DNA of 64,000 nt from Megamonas sp. UBA1796 (GCA_002319795.1 DCFU01000046.1:70864-134863), one strand, 5' to 3'. Counted from the first letter of the stretch, positions 37,873 through 47,686 are shown. Notes: generated from the sequence alone by a model not told the origin. Numbers and translations are program-made.

Positions 37873-39246
37873 ATGTTAGGTTTAATTTTAGCGACAATTA
37901 TGGTCGTATGGGTTGCCCGGTATGTCCTGAAAAAATATCCGCCGCAACCGGTCCTGTTCGTCGCTGGCATCATTATGATGCTGCTGGCCTTGTTCTTCGG
38001 TCTGGGAGAAATCCTGCCAAGCAAGGACAGTACAGGTTCCGTGTGGCTGGATATCATCCAGTTCATCAGTCTCACCTTCAGCAGCCGTGCCGCCAAGCTT
38101 GGCATGATCATCATGCTGATCGGCGGTTTTTCAAAGTATATGGACATGATTGGTGCCAGTACCGCACTGGTAAAAATCGCCATAAAACCACTCAAGAAAA
38201 TTGGCCAGCCATATCTGGTCCTGGCCCTGACTTCAGTCTTAGGTAATTTCCTGGCCATGTTTATCAGCAGTGCTTCCGGCTTCGGTCTATTGCTTATGGT
38301 TACGATGTATCCATTACTCGTGAAACTCGGTGTAAGCCGGCTTGCAGCGGCAGCCGTCATTGCTACGACAGCTGCTCCGGGCTGGGGACCAGCAGGGGCT
38401 GATAATATTTTCGCCGCTGAGCTTTGCGGCATGGAAATCGTGCCTTATTTCGTACAGTATCAGGTGCCGGTCGGACTCTGCACGGTAGCTGCACTGGCTA
38501 TCGGCCATTACTTCGTACAGCGCTGGTTCGATCGGCGTGAACCGGATGCATCTGCTGGAACGGATGTCTCCGTTTCTATCAATAACGGACAGCAGGACTC
38601 TCCTTCCGTGCCGGGATTCTATGCGTTATTACCCACCTTGCCGCTGCTCTTTGTACTTTTCTTTGGTCTGGGAGAATCCACGATAAAAATGGATATCAGT
38701 CTGGCTACGCTGCTCGGTCTGGTAATCACTATGCTAGTCGAGTTCATCCGGCATCGGAACGGATTGAAGCTCTTTAAAGATGTGCAGGCTTACTGGGATG
38801 GTATGGGGTCCCAGATGGCTCTTGTAGTCACGCTGATTGTTGCAGCTGAAACTTTTTCCAAAGGCCTTCTGGCGCTGGGGGCTATTGATACGCTTATCAA
38901 CAGTGCACAAGGTGCGGGCTTCGGCGGTATCGGCATGATGTTCGTATTCATAACGATCATCATCGCTGCCACACTGGTCACCGGCTCGGGCAATGCAACC
39001 TTCTTCGCCTTCGTACCGCTGGCGCCAAAGGTCGCACTGCTCTCAAATATCGCACCTGTTCTTTTGGTAATGCCTATGAATTTTGTTTCCAATCTGGCCA
39101 GGTCCCTTTCACCGATTTCCGCTGTCATGATTGTTGTCAGCGGTGCTGCGGGACTATCGCCGATAGAGCTTGCCAAGCGCACCTTCATCCCGGTCATTAT
39201 CGCAACCATCGTGAATATTGCAGTCACGCTTATATTATTTTTTTAA
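37873..39246 (+). CDS. dcuC: DcuC-family anaerobic C4-dicarboxylate carrier
   Basis: The N-terminus is MLGLILATIMVVWVARYVLKKY. The DcuC-like pattern includes GGFSKYMDMIGAS and FLAMFISSASG. The ATG at 37873 follows TGGAGGT. Confidence 0.75.
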   Translation: MLGLILATIMVVWVARYVLKKYPPQPVLFVAGIIMMLLALFFGLGEILPSKDSTGSVWLDIIQFISLTFSSRAAKLGMIIMLIGGFSKYMDMIGASTALVKIAIKPLKKIGQPYLVLALTSVLGNFLAMFISSASGFGLLLMVTMYPLLVKLGVSRLAAAAVIATTAAPGWGPAGADNIFAAELCGMEIVPYFVQYQVPVGLCTVAALAIGHYFVQRWFDRREPDASAGTDVSVSINNGQQDSPSVPGFYALLPTLPLLFVLFFGLGESTIKMDISLATLLGLVITMLVEFIRHRNGLKLFKDVQAYWDGMGSQMALVVTLIVAAETFSKGLLALGAIDTLINSAQGAGFGGIGMMFVFITIIIAATLVTGSGNATFFAFVPLAPKVALLSNIAPVLLVMPMNFVSNLARSLSPISAVMIVVSGAAGLSPIELAKRTFIPVIIATIVNIAVTLILFF

Positions 39247-39261
39247 AAGGAGACATTCTTT

Positions 39262-40506
39262 ATGGAAATTGAAATAACAAAACTTGTCGACCGCTTTAAT
39301 AAGTACATTCATTTCAACACACAGTCAAATGAAGACAATACGGCCTGCCCGAGCACTCCGGGGCAAATGCTGCTGGCAAAGTATCTGGCAGACGAACTCA
39401 CAGGTCTGGGGTTGACTGACGTACAAGTCGATGCCCACGGGTATGTAATGGCTACACTCCCCGATAACGGCTGCCCCGAAGCACCTGTTGTCGGCTTTAT
39501 CAGCCATATGGATACGAGTCCGGATATGGCTGGAGAGCCTATGCATCCCCGTATCGTAAAATCTTATGACGGACAGGATATCATTTTGAATGAAAAAGAA
39601 CATATTATCCTTTCATCTGCAGATTTCCCTGAACTCCTGGACTACATTGGACAGGATATCATGGTCACGGACGGGCTTACACTGCTGGGCGCCGACGACA
39701 AAGCCGGCATCTGCGCCATTGTTACCGCTATGGAATACCTGCAGGCACATCCCGAAATCAAGCATGGCAAAATACGTGTAGCCTTCACTCCCGATGAGGA
39801 GATTGGCCGCAGTGCAGACCTCTTCGACGTCAAAGCTTTCAATGCCGATTTTGCCTATACATTAGACGGCGATGCAATAGGCGGCCTGGAATTTGAAAAT
39901 TTCAACGGTGCCAATGTCGCCGTCAGCATACAGGGACGCGGCATGCATACAGGTTCTGCCAAAGGCCGGATGATCAATGCTCTGAAAATAGCCGCCGAAT
40001 GGCAGCTGCTGCTGCCGGCGGGCGAATGCCCGGAATGTACAGAAGGCTATGAAGGATTTTACCACGTCCACAAGATGTCCGGTGACGTTGAGCATGTACT
40101 GCTCCATATGCTGCTGCGTGACCACGACCGCAGGCTTCTCGAAAAACGTAAGGCTTTCCTGCACAGCATGGCAGAGCTCTTCAATACAAAATATGGTGCC
40201 GGGACAATTGAGATCATTATCAAAGACCGTTACTCCAACATGCGCGAAAAAATCGAACCGGTCATGTATATCGTTGACATCGCTAAAAAAGCTATGCTCG
40301 ACCTTGGCATAAAGCCCGTCTGCAAGCCTATCCGCGGCGGCACTGACGGAGCCCGGCTTTCCTTTATGGGGCTCCCTTGTCCGAATATTTTCACCGGAGG
40401 ACTCAACTTCCACGGCAAATTTGAATTTCTGCCGCTGTCTTCTCTGCAAAAAGCCTCAGAAACCGTAACCGGCATCGTCCATAATGTCGCGGAAATAAAA
40501 AAATAA
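39262..40506 (+). CDS. pepT: Peptidase T (tripeptide aminopeptidase, M20B)
   Basis: The product contains LVDRFNKYIHFNTQS...FISHMDTSPD...LLGADDKAGI...FTPDEEIG...RGGTDGA. It is 414 aa. Confidence 0.9.
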   Translation: MEIEITKLVDRFNKYIHFNTQSNEDNTACPSTPGQMLLAKYLADELTGLGLTDVQVDAHGYVMATLPDNGCPEAPVVGFISHMDTSPDMAGEPMHPRIVKSYDGQDIILNEKEHIILSSADFPELLDYIGQDIMVTDGLTLLGADDKAGICAIVTAMEYLQAHPEIKHGKIRVAFTPDEEIGRSADLFDVKAFNADFAYTLDGDAIGGLEFENFNGANVAVSIQGRGMHTGSAKGRMINALKIAAEWQLLLPAGECPECTEGYEGFYHVHKMSGDVEHVLLHMLLRDHDRRLLEKRKAFLHSMAELFNTKYGAGTIEIIIKDRYSNMREKIEPVMYIVDIAKKAMLDLGIKPVCKPIRGGTDGARLSFMGLPCPNIFTGGLNFHGKFEFLPLSSLQKASETVTGIVHNVAEIKK

Positions 40507-40540
40507 GTTCCAGCAACGAATCATATGCACTTAAAATACA

Positions 40541-40581
40541 ACATCTCCCATCATGCGTACCATGATGGGAGATGTTTTTAT
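40541..40581. terminator. Bidirectional terminator between convergent pepT and nagA
   Basis: A perfect 15 bp stem (ACATCTCCCATCATG/CATGATGGGAGATGT) has a 5 nt loop and is followed by TTTTTA. Confidence 0.75.
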
Positions 40582-40616
40582 ATGGTCATACAGGTCTGGT
40601 CAAAACACTTTCCGTC

Positions 40617-41786
40617 TTACCTTCCCTGCTCATATACTGTGCGTCCGGCGACAATGGTCACCATAATACGTACCGCATCATCAAAAATCGTCAAATCCGC
40701 CTGATGCCCTATAGAAATGACACCTATGCTATCATATACGCCAAGCTCCTGCGCCGGGACTCGGGTCACAAGTTCTACGATTCTCGGCAAGGAAACACCT
40801 GTATTGCTGGCAAAATTGTTTACAGCACGATCCATCGTAAGCACACTGCCCGCAATGGTTCCATCCGCAAGGGTTGCAACCTGCCCCTTCACAAAAACGC
40901 ACTGTCCCCCAAGCTCGGATTCGCCATCTCCCATGAGGCACGCCCGCATCGAATCCGTGATGAGCACGATGTTTTCCCCATGCTTAGCGGCATATACAAT
41001 ACGCTGCGCCGCGGGATGCACATGTACATTGTCCGCAATGAGTTCACAGACCGCATCGCTGTCGAGCGCCGCCCCCACACCCCCTGGCTTCCTATGATGC
41101 AGTCCGGTCATCGCGTTAAAGAGATGTGTGATATGCCGCACCCCGTGCTGCGTAATAGCCTCCATTGCCCCCGCATAGTCTGCTGAGCTGTGCCCAATAG
41201 ACACAAGTATACCATTGCTGCGGCATTCCTCCACAAAACGGTAATCTCCCCCCAGCTCCTCAGGTGCCAGCGTAATAAGTTTCACAATATCCTTATAAGG
41301 AGCAATTCTGGCAAAATCCGCTTTGGCAATATTTGTCGCAGCCTGCGCACCTTTATGTGCCACATTGATGAACGGCCCTTCCATATGACACCCCAGTATG
41401 CCTGCTCCCGGCGTATCCTGCCGCATAGCGGTGCGCACATGCTCCAAAGCCCGATAAATACTGGGAAAATCATAGGTCATTGTCGTCGGCAAAAACGAGG
41501 TAACGCCCGTTTTTGCCTGCAGCCGCTGCATCAAGGGTATCGCCCGGGCATCGTCGTCCATAGTATCCGCTCCGCCGCAGCCATGAATATGCATATTAAT
41601 AAAACCCGGCGATACATAGCGTCCGCCTGCATTGATGATCTCCAGAACATCTTCACGTTCTGTGAGTTTTTCGTACGGTATAATCGCCTCAATCCTTGTA
41701 TCGTAAAGAAGCGCCTTTCCCGCAAGGACCGTAAAATGGCCATCCTCTCCGACAGCCAATATACGCCCGTTTATGATTGCCTTCAT
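40617..41786 (-). CDS. nagA: N-acetylglucosamine-6-phosphate deacetylase
   Basis: The product contains PGFINMHIHGCGG...ITLAPE...SIGHS...HLFNAM..., the NagA amidohydrolase motifs. It is 389 aa. Confidence 0.9.
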   Translation of the reverse strand: MKAIINGRILAVGEDGHFTVLAGKALLYDTRIEAIIPYEKLTEREDVLEIINAGGRYVSPGFINMHIHGCGGADTMDDDARAIPLMQRLQAKTGVTSFLPTTMTYDFPSIYRALEHVRTAMRQDTPGAGILGCHMEGPFINVAHKGAQAATNIAKADFARIAPYKDIVKLITLAPEELGGDYRFVEECRSNGILVSIGHSSADYAGAMEAITQHGVRHITHLFNAMTGLHHRKPGGVGAALDSDAVCELIADNVHVHPAAQRIVYAAKHGENIVLITDSMRACLMGDGESELGGQCVFVKGQVATLADGTIAGSVLTMDRAVNNFASNTGVSLPRIVELVTRVPAQELGVYDSIGVISIGHQADLTIFDDAVRIMVTIVAGRTVYEQGR

Positions 41787-41812
41787 ATGCTTTGTCCTCC
41801 CAATGTATCTTT

Positions 41813-42709
41813 TTACAGCAGCCCCTGCCGCTGTAAAAAATTATAAAGCGCACCAATCATGCCGGCGTCATTTTGCAGGCGCGCAAATTCGATACGTGTA
41901 GCCGCAAAAACATTTGACACGGTTACACTCTGAAACGCCTTCAGAATGCGTGGTTTCAGATAAACTTCCTGCGCCATGATGCCACCTCCCAGAATAACCA
42001 GTTCCGGATTCAGCACATAACAAATATTAGAAATTCCTACCGCCAGGCATTGTACCATACGATCAATCGCCGCGACTGCGATCGGATCTTTTTCTCTGGC
42101 CCACGCAAAAACCTGTCGGCCGTCGACAGCATCCTCCCGCAGCCCTTTTTGCGCAGCAACCTCCTGTACCAAATGCTTCGTTGAGGCCATTTCTTCCAGG
42201 GAGCTCGTTTTATCTATATGCATATAGCCAATCTCACCCGCACTGTAAGATGCCCCATGCAGAAGACGCTTATGCAGAATCACACAGCCGCCGATACCTG
42301 TGCCGACCGTAAGACAAAAAACGTCTTGTGCCCCCTGCGCAGCCCCAAGCCACAGCTCTCCGAGTCCTGCAGAGTTCACGTCATTTTCTACAGTGCAGGG
42401 TAAGCCGCTGTCTGCTGCCAACAATTCCCCAAGCTTCGTACCCGTATAGCCGGGTATGTTTTCGGAAGCATAAAGAATTCGTCCCGTCTCCGGGTCTACC
42501 ACACCGGCCGTTGATACCGCTATGCCACTTATCCCATCTGTTTCCTGATATTTTCTTACAATGTATTTCGCTTTCTCAATAACGGAGGCAGCTCCTTTGG
42601 TCGCTGCCTCCGTCGGCATGGACGCCTTGGTAAAAAAATTTCCCTGCGCATCCGCAAGACCATATTTCAGCGAAGTCCCGCCAATATCCATACATACGTA
42701 CTTCTGCAT
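41813..42709 (-). CDS. ROK-family sugar kinase (N-acetylmannosamine/glucose kinase type)
   Basis: The product contains CMDIGGTSLKYGL...ENDVNSAGLGE...LTVGTGIGGC...GEIGYMH. It is 298 aa. Confidence 0.85.
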   Translation of the reverse strand: MQKYVCMDIGGTSLKYGLADAQGNFFTKASMPTEAATKGAASVIEKAKYIVRKYQETDGISGIAVSTAGVVDPETGRILYASENIPGYTGTKLGELLAADSGLPCTVENDVNSAGLGELWLGAAQGAQDVFCLTVGTGIGGCVILHKRLLHGASYSAGEIGYMHIDKTSSLEEMASTKHLVQEVAAQKGLREDAVDGRQVFAWAREKDPIAVAAIDRMVQCLAVGISNICYVLNPELVILGGGIMAQEVYLKPRILKAFQSVTVSNVFAATRIEFARLQNDAGMIGALYNFLQRQGLL

Positions 42710-42736
42710 ATCTGCCCTTCTCCTCCTGCCCCGTTT

Positions 42737-44101
42737 TCACCGGCTCACATAGCTGCGCTCTCCGGGCGGTATATCGTTCCATTCCAGAGTATTTACAGCA
42801 ATACCACGCTTTGCTGCCCAAGCAGCAGCAATCCCTGCTGCCTCACCAATACTCATACAGGTAGGCTGTATGCGCATAGAGGCCTCCAGAATAAAGCTCA
42901 CTGAGATGCAGCGCCCAACTACCAGCAGATTCGACACCTCACGCGTCACAAGCGAACGATACGGGACTTCATAGTATTCTCCCGCAGCGAGGTATTCGCC
43001 TACCTTCTCTCCATGCGCATCAATATACCAGGCTGTGCGCACCACGGCATCCGCAAAATGGCGCCGTGCATAGTAGTCCTCCTCTGTCATGCGGTATTTT
43101 CCGACGATGCGCCAGGACTCGCGCGCTCCCAGCATCGCTGCCTCACGACTTACATAGGCATGCGCAAACCCAGGCAGATGGCGGATAAGGTAGCGGCTCA
43201 CACGCCGGATCATTGCTCGTCCATACCGCACACCCTCACTATACGATACAGCCTCAGAAGCCCTGAAACGCACAGGAAGCTCCGGGCAGTTCATCGACAT
43301 ACAGCCCGGCTTGCCTGGAATCGTAAACGCCTGAAAATACTCCGCGTCCTCCTCCGTAAGCTCGCCGCTCTCAATGCCCCGGACAAAAAACGGCTCCAGC
43401 TTATATTTGATATCACGGTGGCGGGCAAGCGCAATTTCAAAATACGGAGGCTTTGTCTTGCACCAGTCATCATGGAGGCTCTGCATATAGTCACAGAGCT
43501 TAGCCAAATCAATGCCTCCCATTTCAAAACGGAAGCTCATCGGCTGGTTATTTCCTGTCTTCTCATATCCTGCCTCAGCGGGTATACCCGCAAGCCGCGA
43601 AAGCAGCGCGTCTCCGGTCGCATCAATAAAGGTATGTGCGCGAACAGCCGCCAAGCCCTCTATCGTCTGCACGATGACTGCCTGTATCGTATCCTGCTGC
43701 CGCACGATGTCAACGAGCACACTATGATACAGTACATGGACTCCGGCCTCGGCCAAAATTTCATCATAAACAAATGCCAGTGTCTCCGGATTCGTCCAGC
43801 CAAAATCTGTTACCCCGTCTGACATCTCGATTTCTTCAGCACGCATGCGCGCTTTGACTTCACGTACAAACGGCGTATCACTGTCCGGCGCAAAGGTAGG
43901 CATGAACGGTTCTACAAGCCCCAGTGTCTGCATACCGCCAAGCGCTATGCCCCGCTCTATGACAAGTGTCTCCAGCCCATTCCTCGCTGCGGAAGCCGCC
44001 GCGGCGGCACCGGACGTGCCTCCGCCCACGATACAGCATTCCACACATGCCAGCACTGGCAGTTCCCGGCCAGCATACTGGAGCATTTCTTTTTTCTCCA
44101 T
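42737..44101 (-). CDS. FAD-dependent oxidoreductase (FAD_oxidored/PF12831-like)
   Basis: The N-terminal dinucleotide fold is CCIVGGGTSGAAAAASAARNGLETLVIERGIALGG. It is about 455 aa. I prefer the start at 44101 (after GAGGTGAAGGA); a GTG at 44134 is also possible. Confidence 0.7.
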   Translation of the reverse strand: MEKKEMLQYAGRELPVLACVECCIVGGGTSGAAAAASAARNGLETLVIERGIALGGMQTLGLVEPFMPTFAPDSDTPFVREVKARMRAEEIEMSDGVTDFGWTNPETLAFVYDEILAEAGVHVLYHSVLVDIVRQQDTIQAVIVQTIEGLAAVRAHTFIDATGDALLSRLAGIPAEAGYEKTGNNQPMSFRFEMGGIDLAKLCDYMQSLHDDWCKTKPPYFEIALARHRDIKYKLEPFFVRGIESGELTEEDAEYFQAFTIPGKPGCMSMNCPELPVRFRASEAVSYSEGVRYGRAMIRRVSRYLIRHLPGFAHAYVSREAAMLGARESWRIVGKYRMTEEDYYARRHFADAVVRTAWYIDAHGEKVGEYLAAGEYYEVPYRSLVTREVSNLLVVGRCISVSFILEASMRIQPTCMSIGEAAGIAAAWAAKRGIAVNTLEWNDIPPGERSYVSR

Positions 44102-44136
44102 ATCCTTCACCTCAAAACGGCCTATAGCCGCCACTT

Positions 44137-46275
44137 TTATTTTACCGCAACAACGATGATAGTTTCCTCATCCTTTGCACCATCAAGCTCCATCTCCAGT
44201 ACCGAATCAATTTGCTCACGGCTCACAAGACCAGACATATCTACCTGCTTTTCGCCATAATAGGCATAAAGCTGCGGCAGCTGCCCGCCGACCGTGCCAT
44301 ATTCCGTATGTGTATCAATGAGCTCGGTAAGCTCCGCCGCAAGTTCTTTTTTCGTTACCAATATAACCCCGGCAGCTTCTTTCTGCAAACGTACAACGCC
44401 ATCCCGGTCAAGCACACGCATAGAATGGTGCTTTTTTTTGAAAAACCAAAAACCTTTTTCCTCGCGCACACCTTCGAATACATGCCATTTGCCTGCCGTG
44501 GCGATTTCCTGCACCTTAGCAACCGGCAGCTCCATAGATGCTGCCGCCGCAGTCAGAAGTGCCTCCGCGCTGAGTTCTTTATCCCCAAGACTGCGCGTCC
44601 GAAGCTCTGTGGCTCCCATAGCGACAGCACGCAGGATATTCGCCTGCTTGTCGATTTCAATCGATACCTCTACCGTTTCCTCACTCGCACCGGATTTCAT
44701 GACCTGCTCCACAGCCTCGCGGCGTATAGAACGTATATCCTCCTGGGTGGGGCTTACAACCGTACGTTCGACAACCTCACGCACCATAGCAAGCGCTACA
44801 CCGATGGTCGAAATAATCGGTGCATTCTTTACGATTTTCCACTTGCAGCCCATAGCCTCTCCGAGGTATGGTGCCAGCACACCGCCGCTGCCTCCGCCGC
44901 CGGCGAGACATAGCGTGCCTGCTGACAACTCATAATCGTGCATAAGCGCCTCAACAATTTCCCTCACCTTGGATACCGCCAAATCCATCGCCTGCTTTGC
45001 CGCCTGTTCCGCCGTTATTCCTATAGTATCGCCCAGCGCCTGCCAGGCTATGCGCGCAGCCTCACGATTGCCCGCGGCATAGTCACCGTCCGGGACCTTA
45101 CCCAGAAGATTCGCTGCACCCGCAAGCGTAAGCGCGACCCGGCGACCATCAGAACCCACGGCAGCGGCAAACGCCATTTCATCCTCAGCACAAGGCGCCA
45201 GCAGCGCAAGCTTTGCCTCGGCAAGCGGCTCAGAAAACACCTCATAGCTGAGCCCCGCAATATGTGCACTGCGCGGCCCGACATCACGTATAAGACCATC
45301 CGTGACACGTATCATGCTGCCGCCTGCAACCCCCAGCGTACGTACATCAAGGGAATTCAAATAAGTTTTATGCCCCCCGACCTGCGCATACCGCACCATA
45401 ACACGGCCATTTCGCACGGCAGAAATATCGGTTGAGGTACCGCCTGCTTCAAGGAAAATGCCGTCTGAAAGCTTCTCATACATGAGTGCACCCGCTACTC
45501 CGGCAGCCAGACCGGAAAGCATCGTAAGAATCGGGCGGCGGCGCACCTCATCCACCGTCATGACCCCGCCGTCGCAGCGCATGATCATAAGCTGCGCCCC
45601 TATGCCGGACCGTTTCACACAGGCCTCCGTCATATCCGCAGTTTCCATCATTTTGGGAATCAGGCTCCCGTTGATGACCGCCGTACGCGTACGCACCCGC
45701 AAACCATATAGTTGGGATACCTCATGCCCGCCCGTCGCGTAGAGATTGCTGGCACGCGCCAGCCTTACAACAAATTCTTCATTGGCAGGATCATCCACCC
45801 CGAAAGACTCCGAAGCGACGATAACCGAAGCGTCCTGCTGTGCCAGTTCAGCAATTCCGGTACGAATTTCCTTTTCCGAAGCTGCAGCATTCTCCGTTTC
45901 TACATAAGCATGTACCGTCTTTAGTTCTTTACCCTGCGCGAGCGGTATATTTCCCACATCACTGTCACTTTTTACCCGCGCCGACTCAAGCCCGCTGCCC
46001 ATCGCGAGTACGCCGACCTTAGCCACATCACCCTCAAGCAAAGCATTCGTAGCCTGCGTTGTCCCATGCGCGATAAAAACGACTTCCTCCGGCGCAATAT
46101 GGTTTTTGGCAAGGATATCCTGCAGAATGTGGATGATTCCCTCAGCTACGCCCTCCTTGGCGGCATGCGTCGTAGGGATTTTCTCCTGCGCAATGATTTC
46201 ATATGTGGTATCATCAATCGCCACGGCATCTGTAAAAGTCCCGCCGACATCAATACCTATCCTGACTTTTCTCAT
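44137..46275 (-). CDS. Hydantoinase/oxoprolinase-family (HyuA-like, ASKHA-fold) protein
   Basis: The product begins MRKVRIGIDVGGTFTDAV and later has HGTTQATNALLEG, MRCDGG and LEAGGTSTDIS. It is 712 aa. No HyuB-type partner is nearby. Confidence 0.75.
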   Translation of the reverse strand: MRKVRIGIDVGGTFTDAVAIDDTTYEIIAQEKIPTTHAAKEGVAEGIIHILQDILAKNHIAPEEVVFIAHGTTQATNALLEGDVAKVGVLAMGSGLESARVKSDSDVGNIPLAQGKELKTVHAYVETENAAASEKEIRTGIAELAQQDASVIVASESFGVDDPANEEFVVRLARASNLYATGGHEVSQLYGLRVRTRTAVINGSLIPKMMETADMTEACVKRSGIGAQLMIMRCDGGVMTVDEVRRRPILTMLSGLAAGVAGALMYEKLSDGIFLEAGGTSTDISAVRNGRVMVRYAQVGGHKTYLNSLDVRTLGVAGGSMIRVTDGLIRDVGPRSAHIAGLSYEVFSEPLAEAKLALLAPCAEDEMAFAAAVGSDGRRVALTLAGAANLLGKVPDGDYAAGNREAARIAWQALGDTIGITAEQAAKQAMDLAVSKVREIVEALMHDYELSAGTLCLAGGGGSGGVLAPYLGEAMGCKWKIVKNAPIISTIGVALAMVREVVERTVVSPTQEDIRSIRREAVEQVMKSGASEETVEVSIEIDKQANILRAVAMGATELRTRSLGDKELSAEALLTAAAASMELPVAKVQEIATAGKWHVFEGVREEKGFWFFKKKHHSMRVLDRDGVVRLQKEAAGVILVTKKELAAELTELIDTHTEYGTVGGQLPQLYAYYGEKQVDMSGLVSREQIDSVLEMELDGAKDEETIIVVAVK

Positions 46276-46288
46276 GAATTGCTCCTCC

Positions 46289-47686
46289 TTACCATCTCAC
46301 AAATGTCACATAAAGCAGCATGATGATACACATGGCCCAGGTATATGGCAAAGTCTTTTTCAGAATTGCCGCGGTGTCCACGTTGGCAAAACCGCCGATC
46401 CATGTATTATGTGAATTCGTTGGATCCGAGGCCGCCTGGATATATTGCACCCCCAGGAATGTACCCGCTACAACCTCCGGTGGAAGTATCTGCAGCGAAA
46501 CAATCAAAGCCGCAATCCCGGCACCCATACCAAACATATTGAGGGGTCCGCGATACAGTGCGGTTGGAGCCAGAATAGCAAAGAAAAGCAATAAACCTAT
46601 ATGACTTGACGGAATAATCGCAGCCAGTATCGGATTCAAAACGGCAGAAACTGCCGGATTCATAACAACGGCTACAAGCATGCCAATCCCCATGAACAGG
46701 AACAGCACTCCTGCGATATCTTTGATGCCGTCTACGATAGAGCCGGCAAAAATATTGACAAATTGTTTTGGTCTTGTAAGCAGTATGGCATAGCCTGAGG
46801 CAATAAGGAAGCCGAATACAGATGCTGCTACCGGATCTACCATGCCGTTCTCAGCCTTGCCGAAGCCCACAAAGGCTTTGAATATATATACGGTAGCCAA
46901 GGGGATAATCGGTGCCAGAAGTGCCAGCGCCGGTACGTGGCTCCTCTTTTTCAGCAAAACTGAATTCTGTGTTGGTTTTCTTTTTATGCTCTTGAATATC
47001 ACCGTAAATAAAACTCCTGGCAAAGCTGCCAGGGCACGGATAAATTTACCGAAAACCTTCAAAGCAGAAGCACTGCCCTGTTCACTGCCCTGTTTGACAT
47101 TCAGTATGATAAACACCAACGTAATCAAGACAGAAATTCCTACGGCCGGTACATAATAGCTCGCCGTAACTTCACCGCCGAAAATGCCGATATACGTACC
47201 GTAATTTGCCGCATTGGCCAGAAGCCCTGTCTGCAAACCGAATAGCAGCAGCACACAGGCAACGAGCGGGGAAATCCCTGCGGACATCATGATAGGAATT
47301 GTGATAGAGCCAACCATAATAACTGCCCCGAGCCCGCTCATCCCAAGAAACACAAAAGCCGTAGCTGCCGTAAGCACGATAGCGATTGGCACCGGCTGGT
47401 CGCCTGCAAGTTCCGCAGCCTTCTTGATAATCGTATCTGATATACCCGTCTTCATAATGACGCGGGCAAACATAGCGCCAAAAATGACAACAGCCATAGC
47501 ACTCGCAAGCTTCATCGCACCATCAAGCAAAATCCCGTTCAGATATACCACGAGCGGCAGCTGCACAACAAAGGCAATCCATGCTGCCATGAGCGGCAGC
47601 GCAAGAATCGTCGGCAATATACGCGCAATCATAAGTCCGGCAAAAACAAAGAAGCCGCCTAAAATCAATATACCTGCTATGCTCAT
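46289..47686 (-). CDS. Ion-transporter-superfamily permease (GntP/DcuC/CitMHS-like), substrate unknown
   Basis: It is about 465 aa and highly hydrophobic (MSIAGILILGGFFVFAGLMIA...). The ATG at 47686 follows AGGAGGG and overlaps the nanE stop by 1 nt (TAATG). The Cys-rich 35 aa extension in the track ORF is probably an artefact. Confidence 0.6.
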   Translation of the reverse strand: MSIAGILILGGFFVFAGLMIARILPTILALPLMAAWIAFVVQLPLVVYLNGILLDGAMKLASAMAVVIFGAMFARVIMKTGISDTIIKKAAELAGDQPVPIAIVLTAATAFVFLGMSGLGAVIMVGSITIPIMMSAGISPLVACVLLLFGLQTGLLANAANYGTYIGIFGGEVTASYYVPAVGISVLITLVFIILNVKQGSEQGSASALKVFGKFIRALAALPGVLFTVIFKSIKRKPTQNSVLLKKRSHVPALALLAPIIPLATVYIFKAFVGFGKAENGMVDPVAASVFGFLIASGYAILLTRPKQFVNIFAGSIVDGIKDIAGVLFLFMGIGMLVAVVMNPAVSAVLNPILAAIIPSSHIGLLLFFAILAPTALYRGPLNMFGMGAGIAALIVSLQILPPEVVAGTFLGVQYIQAASDPTNSHNTWIGGFANVDTAAILKKTLPYTWAMCIIMLLYVTFVRW

